Assembly: GCA_051294375.1 (NCBI GenBank)
Contig: CM119267.1
Coordinates: 23,739,883-23,779,786, forward strand
Source: Paraspadella gotoi
Lineage: Eukaryota > Animalia > Chaetognatha
DNA: 39,904 nucleotides
Direction of reading: 5' to 3'
Shown piece by piece: positions 1 through 11,542 of the stretch. Both the position numbers and the translations under genes were made by a program. The notes below the pieces were generated by a model that searched no databases, was not told the DNA's origin, and saw only the letters and a program-made list of their open reading frames with translations. Each line of letters opens with the position of its first letter. Position 1 is the stretch's first letter.

Positions 1-197
1 CCCTCCCTCTTCCCCCCTCCATCTTTCTTCCTCCTCCTAACCCATTTATCATCATTCGTCACATTCTTAAATTTCGTATGATCCGTCTCTTTCCATTAGA
101 ATTAACCTGATGGAAATTCCTTCAACCGTGGTCAGGCCGTTTTCTTTTCTTTTTTTTAATCTTTTTTTCGGCCACCATTCTCTTTACGGTCAACCAG

Positions 198-239
<42 letters not shown>

Positions 240-700
240 GTTCCATTCTTTCACCGATGACCTCCCCTCGTTTCCCGTTTTTAACCTTTGACCCGACATT
301 TTTTCCCCTCTGTTTGTCTTTCCCTTTTCCTTATTTTTCCTTTTTCTTTCTTTTTTTTCTTATTTTTCCTTTTTTTTCCTTTTTTTTTCTGTTTCTACCC
401 AAAACTGGTTTTAAAGCAGAAGACCAAAATTGCGCTGTTCTTTTTTTTTATCTACTCGTTTTTAAATGAACACAGATATGAAATTTCTTTTTATTATTTC
501 ATGTGCAACAAAACTGATTCAATTTTCAACTTCGTCGTCGTAAGTAAACCACAATCATAACGAATTCGTATTAACTAGATTATTTTTTATTCATAGTTTG
601 AAAAAAAAAAATCATTTATTTGCCTTTCCCTTAAAATTCCAATTTTATTTCATCGTACATTTATTTTTATTAGCTTTTATCCATTTTAATACAAACGAAT

Positions 701-3700
701 ATGCGCCTCTCTCCACCCTCAACACTTTTCCCGACGCTGTCGTTTACGGCGCTGCTTCTCCTGTCGCTGTCGCCGCCGTCGCTGGCCGACGAACACGACG
801 ACGACGGATTTTCCGTCGAGATCGTCGGTCCGGAATCGTCCGGCTCCTCCGGCGCCGCTTCCGGCACCCGGCCCGCCACCGGCGCCGCATCCCGCGGATC
901 TTTCGTCCGGCCGCCAGGCATTCCTGGCCGTCCTCCGCCGAGCCGCGAATGTCACAGCCCGGCGCCAGGGCTGGATCGAGTCAGACGCGGGCTGGACATT
1001 ACCAAGTTGGACTTTCTGCCGATTGGTGTCGGGGAAGACGATGGGTAATAAATATTAAAATGATAATTGTTACGAAATAATTATAATTAAGATTTTCACT
1101 GAAAACTGAAAACCTAAGTTTGATCATGAAAAGCAGATCTTGAAAAAGATAAAACTTGGTTTTGAATTGGTTAATTATTATATTAGCTTCATCGAGTCTT
1201 CATTCCTTTCACTCAGATATCGTCAACCCATTCTCGATTACACTTGTACTCCCTCTGGCGGACGCTACCGACGAATACGCATCAGGGAAAACGGGCGAGA
1301 TTACTACTACCAGCTGCCTGATCAGGTGAGTCCAGTTATGGGAAAGACGGGGAAGCTAAGAAGTCCTTACCTTTTTTCTCAAACGACTCGTTATCAATTT
1401 CCTCACCCTAGCTTAAGACTTAAGGGCAATATAGAGATTAGTTCCTTTTTTAAATTTTTTTTTTGTGTTTTTTTTTTTCTTTTTAAAATTTTACTTTCGC
1501 CGACTTGGGTTTTGGCTTCATTTAAAAAACTACTTAAATTTAAAACAAATAATTAATGATTTAATCTACTCCTTACCATAATCCACCTCTAATCTACCCT
1601 TAACCCTAAACCTCCCCTAAGCCCAGTCGGCGAAAGTAAAATTGTCATTTTGGGTAAGTTTAATCCTGGCTACGTTTAAAGGTTAGTTCATATTATTTTT
1701 TACATTAGGTTAGATTAGAAATGTTGTCGGATAGAAAGACTTCTCTTAACTTTTCTAACTAACTTACCCATCCACTTGAATCAGGTGACGGGCATCTCCA
1801 ACGTCCCCGGCGGAGTCCTGCAAGAGTCCGTCGAGATCTTCCACAGCAGCACCGAGATCCGGAAGGCGATGGCGGCGTCGGCGAGCGTCGAGCTCAAGGG
1901 CGGAATGTTCTCTGCATCCGGTGTGTCATGGAGATAACCAGCGATGCTGTAAAATATTAGTTTACGAGCTCCTGTACAATAGGCAATATGGAAGATGCTT
2001 AGTGCTTTTGATATCGTGTAATAAGTAACTTTCTATTGTCTTTAAAAACTCAGCGATTCAGTATTTTAGTTTTGATTCAAATCCATTTTCCTTTGCCAAA
2101 CTCCAGCCTCCTTCAGCAAGATGCACTCATCCTTGACCAACCATTCCCGCTACCTGGAGACGGTCCAAGCCTTCGTCTCCACCTACAGCGCAGACTTGGC
2201 TCCGTATTTCGCGCGGCAGTTGAGTCGCTTCGCCCAGCAGTTCGTCGACCAGCATCTGCCGCCGCGGTTCGATCAGGCGCCGGAAAAGTGAGTAGGGATG
2301 AGATCGACGAGAACAAGGATTAGGATGACCTTGACGAAAATTACGACGTAATATAATGTCATTAAAAAACTGCTGATTTATGTGGAATGATTTGATTAGT
2401 TAGATGTAATGTCAGTAACTTATTTTTCAGTAGTATGACAGAATTTTAGTATTCATTTCGTTGGTTTTACATAAACGATAGCATAAACGATGATAGGTAT
2501 AGTATAATAAATTAAAAAAATCTTTCTAAATTAAAGCTTGATAAGAGACACTTCTAAAACTCAACTTCCATTCCCCAGATACGCGGAATTCATCCAATTC
2601 TACGGAACCCACTTTTTCTCTCACGCCAAACTAGGTGGCGCCATCAGTTTGACTCTCGAAACTAAAAAGTCTTACTATTTGACCAACGAAGAACAAAAGG
2701 TCAAGGCGAACGCCAAGGCCACCTATTTGAATATCATCAAAGCGAGAGGGGGAGTTAGCGGTAGCGTGGAGCGAGTGGACGAAGCCTTTCGAAGTGCCAC
2801 GTTGAGGACTATCAGGTTTTTTTTTCGAAAAGATTGTTATACGATTACGATTATAAAAAGTTTAAAACTATTGATCAAGTAAACAAAGTAGAACAAGCTT
2901 CGTCATATTTTGATCGTTATCTAATAAAAAAATACGTAAATGTAGAACTTTAAAGCTATCAATTTTTTTTAAAATCGGCTTTTAATAATATCACAGGACG
3001 ATATATTTTATAAATGAACTTAAAACTAATTACACATTTATCAAAATGTCAGATATCTCGGAGGTGACATCAACATCCTCTCTTCCTCCGGCCTAAAGAG
3101 CTGGCAACAATCCGTCAGGCCTCAACCCTGGGTCCTGGCCGGTCGCCTGGTACCTCTCTCCAAGCTGATCAAACCCTCCGCCAAGGAACAGGCCATGGAG
3201 CGGGCTGTTCAAGTACACCTGGACAAGGCCAGGCTGGTGGAGAAGCAGGCCATGGTTTATTCTAAGCTTCATGATTACCCGCAGGTGAGAGGCTTAAATA
3301 TTTTTGTCTCGATAGTTAGTAAATGCTGCAATTTAGGATAAATGTTTTTAAAATTCATTTTTCTGTTTTTAACAGCGAAAAGCTTATCCTGCCTCATCTC
3401 ATGCAGTGTCCATTCTCATTTTCCAATCCCTCATTCTCGTTTTCCAATCTTTCATATTCCAATCTCTCATTTTCCAATCTCTCATTTTCCAATCTCACTA
3501 CCATCAGGTGGTCGAGCTGCGTCGCATGCTGTCCGACATTGGGCGTCTCCTATCACAACCTTCACCAAATTGGGCGGAAGTCGACACCGTTTGCAATCGT
3601 GTCGATCGTCAACTCATTCCTCCAGCGTGGTTCAAAGAGGTCCAGCTTTGTTTCAGGTACCCAGGACCCTTGGCCTTATATTATCTTACAATTACCTCAC

Positions 3701-4718
3701 CTCACCTTTGCCCTTACTCAGGTGGTACCCTGACGGCGACAGCGGACAGTGCGGCGGCAGCGCCGGCCTCAGTCGCGAACTTTGCGCTCACCCGGAAAAG
3801 TTCACCCAGTACTACAGGGACGACACGGATCGACGAGGTGGTGGATGCAGGATGAGTTGGGGACTGAAGGCGCCCAACTCTGCTCCGAGGTGGTTCAGGG
3901 TAAGTTGATTACTTTACTAACTAATCATTAAAACATTATTAAAACCAAACGCTGGATTTTTGGTTAACATTATTTAGAATCGATAATTTCTATGAAATGA
4001 AAATTTTAAAATGGCGTAAACCAAGGATTAATTATTATGCTAAAACGCGGAAGTTTGGTGAAATTGAATTTTTCATTCTTTTATTGTTAATTTTATTCGC
4101 TAATGTCAGTTCTTAACTATTTACTGGATGATATTTCCTAATTATTCAAAACTATTTTAATTTAATAAATATCTTAAAAAATAATCGATTCTTCCTTCAA
4201 GGACACTCAAATATGTTTCCGCTGGTATCCCGACGGCAACGCGGGTCAATGCGGCGGCTCCGGCACCCCGCGCCTCAACTGCGCTTCGGTCGGTCGCTTC
4301 ACTCGCGCCTACAGAGATGACACCGACCGTCGAAGCGGAGGGTGTAGAATGAGTTGGGGTCTGAGAGCGAGATCGTCGACGCCGCTGTGGCTGAGGAATC
4401 TCGATCTCTGCTATCAGTGGTGGGTAAAGGGGGTGCCCCTATAAAATTTTTAGAGCAAAATAATCAAAATCAAATAAAAAAAACTTTAAATACAATATTT
4501 TAAAAAATATATTAATCAAAATTAACAAATTTTCACATTTAATTCATTTTAATATTTTTTTTTTCTCCAGGTACCCCGACGGCAACGCCGGCCAATGCGG
4601 TGGCGGCGTCGATCGAAACCTCTGCGCGCGGACGAACAAATGGACAACCTACTACCGAGACGACACCGACAGACGTGGAGGCGGTTGCAGGATGCGTTGG
4701 GGAATCGAGACCAACTGA
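701..4718 (+). CDS. Secreted MACPF pore-forming protein, perivitellin-2 67 kDa subunit-like (MACPF + 3 IMAD-type repeats), paralog A; 10 exons, 643 aa
   Basis: Manual GT-AG model: 701-1044, 1217-1325, 1785-1920, 2107-2287, 2579-2815, 3053-3284, 3508-3656, 3722-3899, 4202-4419, 4571-4718 (1932 nt, open frame, TGA at 4716-4718). It has a hydrophobic signal peptide (FTALLLLSLSPPSLA), an N-terminal MACPF motif (PGLDRVRRGLDITKLD) and the MACPF signature YGTHFFSHAKLGG (Y-G-T-H-F-x6-GG) in exon 5. Three repeats follow, of the form C(F/Y)xWYPDGxxGQCGG...C....T..YRDDTDRRxGGCRMxWG. The family call rests on motif recognition. Confidence 0.92.
1487..1643. mobile_element. MITE-like element in intron 2 of MACPF A
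   Basis: AATTTTACTTTCGCCGACT(T)GGG at 1487-1509 has its reverse complement CCCAGTCGGCGAAAGTAAAATT at 1622-1643. The interior has degenerate CCCTAA-like repeats. Confidence 0.55.
3413..3497. repeat. Intronic 15-bp tandem repeat (TTCCAATCTCTCATT), ~5-6 copies
   Basis: Directly visible just upstream of the exon 7 acceptor of MACPF A. Confidence 0.85.
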
Positions 4719-4942
4719 AGTCATTGAAATAATGAAAATTTGTATTTTACTTTGCGAATTTTTTATGCTCAATTGACGTGCGAAGAAAAAGATGAACAAA
4801 GTTTTATAATTATAAACTGATTTAATTTCATATGATTACAAAATAGTAATTACTGGTTTTTTTATGATCATCCTTTTTACGAATACCAATTTTCCTCACC
4901 TAATTTTAGTATTTTAGCTAATTTTCTCTTCCATCAAACAAA

Positions 4943-7900
4943 ATGCAAAATCTTCGCTCAAACTCGATTCATTATTTTCTCCTCGCGGTTTTTATCTCGT
5001 TTCTCTCGACGAAATCTTTGGCCGAAGACGATTTTTCCGTCGAGATCCTCGATTCTCCGCCCACCGCTGCCTCTTCATCCGGTTCTTCATCCGGTTCTTC
5101 ATCCGGTTCCTCTTCATCCGGTTCCTCTTCATCCGGCTCCTCCGGCCAAGTAGGTTCGCCCGGCTCCTCCGGCCGGCACATCTCTCCCTACCCGCCTCCG
5201 CCCGGCGAGTGTCGCAATCTCGCGCCCGGATTGGAACGTCTGAGAAGAGGATTGGACATCACGAAGTTGGACTTTCTGCCCATTTTACTGGGAGGCGATG
5301 ATGGGTCGGTACACTTGCTGATGATACCTTTTCATTGCTTTCTGGGGATAAAAGACAATGATTTACTTTTATTCTGATCGAGACATTGACGTTTATGACA
5401 GTTAAATCAATGACAATTTTCATTGCTATTTCTTACAGGGTGATAATGACATTGATATTTCGGTTTTGAATCTCAGTAATGATCAATTTTTATCGCATTT
5501 TAACTGCAATATCCTCTCCAACCTTCCTTCAGGTATCGTCAGCCGATTCTCGACTACACTTGCACCACATCTGGAGGCCGAAGAAGAATCCGAATCAGGG
5601 AAAACAATCGAGATTATTTCTACCAAATTCCTGATCAGGTAAAAATTACTTTTCAAATTAAAAAAAATTATTTTGGCGTTGTTTTAGGTAGAAATTAAAT
5701 TAGAAAAACTGTTATTTTTTTTTTTTTTTGAAGGTGACGGGCGTCTCCAACGTGCCCGGCGGGATCCTTCAAGAGTCTGTCGAGGTCTTTCGCGGAAGCA
5801 CCGAGATACAAAGAGCGATGGCCTCGTCCGCGGGCGTAGAGCTCTTGGGTGGAATGTTCTCCAATTCGGGTCAGTAGAATTATGAATTATTGATTTGAAT
5901 AGTCAAGGAATGGATTTACTCTTAGAAAACTTTTTATTTATCAAATTTATTGATAATTCCTTTTAAAATTCTTAATCTCTTTACTCAAGCGTCCTTCAAT
6001 AAGATTTTCTCATCAATGACCAACGAGTCTCGTCTCTTGGAAACCGTGCAATCAATCGTTTCAACTTACAACGCGGATTTGGTTCCATATTTCGTTCGAG
6101 ATCTGAGTCCTTACGCTCAGCAATTTGTGGAACAACATCTCCCGTCTCGTTTTGAGCAGTCGCCCGAAAGGTTACTAATATCTATTTTGGGTAGTACAAT
6201 TGATTTTGAGTATTTTCTCTGAGTTTTTATTTAGTCTTTACTTAAAATTATTATTTTCGCGGTTTTAAAGGGTAATTTGCTTCACGTTAGGAACTTTAAT
6301 GATTTCTTGGGTTGGAACCTTGTAGAAATGTATTTAATAATTATTATTATATTCATTTGTACAAATTTTAAAACTTAAAAGAATGTTTATAAAAGCTCTT
6401 TCTTTGCCACAGATACGCGGAATTCATTCAACACTACGGAACTCACTTTTTCTCACAAGCCAAACTGGGTGGCGCCCTTCGTCTCACGCTTCAAACTCAC
6501 AAGGATTACTATTTGGCCAATGAAGAGGCAAAAGTGAAAGCCAACGCGAAGGCGATGTTTATGAACATCGTTGAAGATAGAAGAGTTGGCGGAAGCGTTC
6601 GTCGAGTTGATGAAGGATTCAAGATGTCAACCGTTACGACCATGAGGTGTTTGACAGATTCATAGATATTTAAAAAAAAATAAGAAAGTTAGCTAATACT
6701 TGAAATTTAATTGTTAGAATCCTAAAATGTATTATGTAGAAATGCTAAATGAAGTTTTTCTTTTGTTGACAAAGGTTTATAATATACAAAATAAAAATAT
6801 ATAAGATTTTTTTTAAAAAACCAATCTTATAACTTTCAAAGCAATTTATTACTATTTAAAAACTTATATTTCTAAACTATTGTCACCAGAGTATTTGTAA
6901 ACTTATTCGTCAAATTTTATTTCCCAGATACCACGGCGGAGATATCAATGTACTCTCCACTTCTGGCCTCCCTGACTGGCTTCCCACCGTTCGTGGCCAA
7001 CCTTGGGTACTCGGCGGTCGGCTGGAACCCCTTTCCAAGCTGATCAAGCCTGCGGCCAAAGAACGGGCCATGGAACGGGCGGTTCAAGTCCACCTGGACA
7101 AGGCGAGGCTCATGGAGAAGCAAGCAATGATCTACGCTAAGATTCACGATTATTTGCAGGTAATTAAAATTTGTTTATATTTTTCGTTGTAAAGGTTTTC
7201 CTTTGATGACCCGCTCTTTGCTCCTAGGTGCCAGAACTGCAACGTTTGCTCTATGCTATTGAACGTCTTCTATCTGACCCCTCGCCCGATCATCGCCAAG
7301 TTGACCGAATCTGCAATGGGGTCCATTTTCATCTGACCACGCCCTCTTGGTTCAGAGAAGTACGACTCTGCTTCAGGTAAGTTAAAAAAAGATTTAATGA
7401 TTAATTGATTGTGATTAAGGTGAGGAGTTTTAAAAATTAAGGGTCAGGGTTTAAAATATAAGATAAAAGTTTAAAATTAACATTCGGGATTAGGTTAAAA
7501 TAACATTCCGAGAAAAAGGAACAGAAATAAGGGGCTCTGGGGAAAAGAGACCCAAAACTCGATATAATCTCGTCTCTCATCCTCGCTAAACTTCGCCCCT
7601 TACCCTTCAGGTGGGATTCCGACGGGGATTCTACTCAGTGCGGCGGCGATGTTGGTCGAGAACTATGCGCTCACCCGGACGACTTCACGCAGTTTTATCG
7701 AGACGCTTCGGATCATCGCGGCGGATGCCAGATGAGCTGGGGATTGAAGGCGCCTTACTCCGCTCCCAGGTGGTTCAGGGTAAGTTGAAAAGTTGTTTTT
7801 TCACTTTAGATTAATGAAAATGTATTGTCTCATTGGTAAATATTGTAATATAGAGTTTATATTAACTTTTTGTTTGCTCTATTTCTCGCTCAACTATTCA

Positions 7901-8789
7901 CAAATATCACAAAAATCCTAGAAGTAGAAAATATTTTTCTATAATAAATATTAGTTTATTACTTTAATTAAATCTACGCATTTTCCGATGGTTAAAATTT
8001 TTTTTTATTGAAAGTATGGTAAAACGATCTTTTTATAGTAAAAATATTGCTATAAAAACTTCATTGTAAATTATAAATCTAAACATTCTTCCTCTTACCC
8101 TCCTAGGAAACCCAAGTCTGCTTTCAATGGTACCCTGACGGAATCTCTTACCAATGCGGCGGCGGCGTATCGCGTTACCTCTGCGCCGCCGTGGGTGAGT
8201 TCACTCAAACTTACCGAGACGATACTGACCATCGACGCGGCGGTTGTCAAATGAGTTGGAGTCTCAGAGCGAAGGATACGACGCCCCTGTGGTTGAGGAA
8301 TCTCGAGCTCTGCTATCAGTGGTGAGTTTTGTCCTTTTCAATAAGTGTACGTATGAGTTAAATTTTACCAATCACTACTTATCATTCGTTGTAATAATTA
8401 TTTTAGAAAGTTTTTAATTTAACTACGTAATAATATTCGTTACCCGATAAGCCTTGTAGGAAATTAATTTATCATTTTAATTATTTTATCTTTTACGGGA
8501 TTTTTTTTAGCTGACATATTTAACAATTAACTTTTATCGGTTTCACAGTATTTCATATTATTCATTACATGCATTTAATAAAATTTACTTTAGATAAATT
8601 ATAAAAACAGGTAATTTATAAATTAAAATTGTCTTCCGTAGGTTCGCCGACGGCAATCCCGCCCAATGCGGCGGAGGCGTCGACCAATCTCTTTGCGCGC
8701 GGACGAACGAGTGGACTCCATACTACAGAGACGACACCGACGGTCGCATGGGAGGCTGCAGGATGCGCTGGGGCATCAAGACGAACTGA
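4943..8789 (+). CDS. Secreted MACPF pore-forming protein, perivitellin-2 67 kDa subunit-like, paralog B; 10 exons, 643 aa
   Basis: Manual model: 4943-5304, 5533-5638, 5734-5869, 5990-6170, 6413-6646, 6928-7159, 7228-7376, 7611-7779, 8107-8321, 8642-8789 (1932 nt, TGA at 8787-8789). All nine intron positions and phases match paralog A. It has a signal peptide (YFLLAVFISFLSTKSLA), PGLERLRRGLDITKLD, YGTHFFSQAKLGG and three C-terminal Cys/Trp repeats. Confidence 0.92.
5072..5145 (+). repeat. Coding 12/15-bp repeat (TCTTCATCCGGT) encoding a (SSSG)n linker in MACPF B
   Basis: Translates as SSSGSSSGSSSGSSSSGSSSSGSSG in the signal-peptide frame. Confidence 0.9.
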
Positions 8790-8888
8790 TGGAGAAAGAG
8801 AAAAAACTGCGTGCTGGAGAAAAGATGGAGAAGTTGGATCAAGTGGAGAAGCGATTATAAGCTCAACCAATGAGCGTCGCCGGATCGC

Positions 8889-8950
8889 TGATGTCACAAT
8901 GATGTCACAATGATGTCATTGATGTCACAATGATGTCATTGATGTCACAA
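8889..8950. repeat. Tandem TGATGTCA(CAA/T) repeat, 6 copies, in the presumed 3' UTR of MACPF B
   Basis: tgatgtcacaa tgatgtcacaa tgatgtcat tgatgtcacaa tgatgtcat tgatgtcacaa. Confidence 0.85.
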
Positions 8951-9082
8951 AGTCCCCACAAAATTTTGATTTTAGTTCTAAAGTTTCATCATTAAATCGT
9001 TTTTTCATCTTTTCCGTATTTGAAGTGTTGTTCATTTGTGCATATAACGAAATATGCATTCATCTGTTTTTGTTGTTCATCA

Positions 9083-9088
9083 AATAAA
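9083..9088 (+). terminator. Candidate polyadenylation signal of MACPF B
   Basis: AATAAA about 290 nt after the stop codon, with T-rich sequence shortly downstream. Confidence 0.45.
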
Positions 9089-10307
9089 AGAAAATAAGAA
9101 AACGTTCCTGATGGTATTTATTTTTTAAAAAAAGAGACCAGTGTTAATAATTAATAATGAGAAATAAGGCGCCTTCTCCCTTCTCTGACTTTCCCTTACC
9201 CGGCCTCGCGGTTCTAAAACAACCCGCCCCCCCACTTCAAACCCACCCTCCCTTCTCTTCTCTCCTCTCCCCCCCCCAAGACCGCGCGCGTGTTTTAGAT
9301 TTCGGTCACAGAAACCGGTTTTTAAAAATCCATCGGAATCCATTAAATAAATCCGCTGCTGATCCCGACTCGAAAAAAGAAAAAAAAAATTTTAAAAAAC
9401 CTTTAAAATTTGTTTTTCTTTGATTTTATCCTTTAGATTTTTTTTTATTTCTCGGTAAAGATAACATAGAATCGGATAAACGTCATTGATCAGATAATTT
9501 AAATTTTGATTTATATATCAGAATAGTTCCTACTCTATTCGTTGACTAATAAAAGACGAATAACAAATGGGTGGGGGGGCGGAAATGTTTAAAAATGGTG
9601 CCTCGTTTTTCTTTTTCGCGAATTCGATACGTCACTTTTTTATAAACATACAATGTTTAATTTGAGTTTTGTATCGATCGTTCGGCCTCGCAATTCCAAG
9701 TAAATTATTTAACTCAAATAAAAATATAATAAATCTCATAAATATCGTCATTTCTGCCGTCCTCTTGTCTACGAGATGTCGAGACTCACGACGCTTAAGG
9801 GGAAAAAAAATATTCACTTTCGAAGTCTTGATTTTCTCGATGGAGAAAAAGTCACGATCTTGAGATAGGAATGGGTGGAAGTGATAGGGAAATGATAGTG
9901 GTTGTGATAGGATATGCTGGTTGTGATAAAGGGTGCCTGTAAGAATTTAGAACGATGGAAGTATGGCATGAAGGTTTTAAATAATGAAGTGATGTTAAAT
10001 ATTATATCCAATATTACAATATTAGTAGAGGTAACTCATTGCCAACTCCGATGAGACAAACGACAGATTCTGTCTTCCCAAGTTTTCAATTCGTTACGTA
10101 AAGAATCGAAAAATTAATCACTAAAAAGCTATAGAATATGAAAGGCTTGTATCGTAATGTTACTTGACAATTGACATATAAAGAGAAATATATTTATTTT
10201 ATTCTTTAAAACGGAAATAACGGTTATTTATACTTTCTCTTTTCCCACCCCCCCGTTTTTTTTAATTTTTATTTCTGCTGCCGCCCATTTCAATTCGGAT
10301 TAATCAG

Positions 10308-10407
10308 GTAAGCAATTAATTTCAATAATAACAATTGTAATAATAATAATTGAGTGCGACACGATTTTCTAAACCAATGCTCTTTAACTCGCTGTCTCTC
10401 TTTGCAG
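10308..10407 (+). other. Canonical intron in an apparently non-coding transcript
   Basis: CAG|GTAAGC donor at 10308, AT-rich body, TTTAAC branch-like motif at 10383 and CTCTCTTTGCAG| acceptor at 10407. No convincing ORF spans it. Confidence 0.4.
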
Positions 10408-10885
10408 TGGATTAACCATCGACTGCGGAGAATCACTGTCTCACCCTTACCTTTTTCATAACCCACCCCATCGATCCCAACCTCAATTCTGCTGCGTGAC
10501 TTTTCTCTCCTTTTTCTTTTTTCCAATTTTTAGAAGAAGAAAAAGGAAAACTGAGGAAAGAAGAAACCTCGTTTGTGTCGTCGTCGTCATCGTTGTTATC
10601 GTCATGGTCGTCGTCGTCGTCGTCGTCTTGACTTGACTTGACAGGCATTCGTCCAACGAGGGACTACCTTACTCTCAAACCTGTCTTAGGTAGCAAACAA
10701 CAGTGTCTCGAGAGGCTGGAGCCGGAATGTTGTTTAAAAAGGGTGGGGAAAGATAGAGGAAGAGAGGGGGGAGGTGACCGGGCTGGGCCTGACCCACTCC
10801 GTTACCCAAGAAACAGATCGGGGTTCCGCCTTTCGTTGTCATCCACGTCATGGTCGTCGTCTTCGGTTTTCGTAATCGTCATCAC

Positions 10886-10887
<2 letters not shown>

Positions 10888-10924
<37 letters not shown>

Positions 10925-10935
10925 GTAATAATAAT
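10888..10935. repeat. (AAT)n microsatellite
   Basis: Directly visible, lying between two copies of TAATCGTCATCACGTAAT. Confidence 0.9.
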
Positions 10936-11214
10936 CGTCATCACGTAATCGCGTTATTTACGTCTTTGCAGTTTACGTAATCTATTTTTCTTTTTGGCCT
11001 CTTTCTTCTTTCCTCTATTTTTTTTTCCATATTTTTTCTTTCTATTTTTCTATTTGTTTGTTCTTTTTTATTCAGTTCCATCTTGACTTCATCTTTCGTT
11101 TTCGCTTGGGAGTCGCGACCTCTTTCCTATTCCATCTCTCTCTCTCTCTCCTATTTGACCTCTCTCCAAGTACTTCACCCAGCGAGAGAAAACAGCATAA
11201 ATACAGATGCAATA

Positions 11215-11220
11215 TTTATT
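11215..11220 (-). terminator. Candidate polyadenylation signal of the intact SDR
   Basis: TTTATT on + (AATAAA on -), about 320 nt past the stop at 11543. Confidence 0.4.
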
Positions 11221-11542
11221 TTTTAAGCCAAATTCTTAAAAGCGGTGTCAATCAGTAGTACATTATTATTGTACGTGCAAAGTATCTAAAGTCGACTAAG
11301 GCTCAATACAAAAGAAATATTTTTAAAATTTTGAAAAGACTGACTATTTGATACAGGAGTGAAAAAACCTTTTAAAATTTCCGAAAATGGATAGAATTGG
11401 CATAGAATCTCTTCTCCTAGTTCAGTTAGTCAGTGTAACAGCTCATCTTTGCATATTAGCTGTTAGTAGGTCAGCCCAACGAACCACATTGCCTAGCCCT
11501 TCGCCTTATACAAGTCAGCCCAACCCGCTACCCCAACCGCCC

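Noticed and set aside
110-560. F/L/S-rich ORFs here, and similar ones at 13746-14090, 18508-20857, 24143-25146 and 31698-32265
   Set aside because: These are translations of CT/GA microsatellites and poly-T tracts, not credible proteins.
598-1080. Overlapping Arg-rich ORFs and antisense ORFs over MACPF exons (also 4539-4799 and 8616-8913)
   Set aside because: They are alternative-frame shadows of GC-rich coding exons already explained by the spliced models.
1585-1620. Telomere-like CCCTAA repeats
   Set aside because: They are short, degenerate and inside an intronic MITE-like element, so not a chromosome end.
10430-10830. Telomerase RNA candidate (P6.1-like CGGG-CTGGG-CCTG at ~10779-10791)
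   Set aside because: There is no CTAACCCTAA-type template or U-rich triple-helix pseudoknot, and a 13-nt hairpin alone is insufficient.
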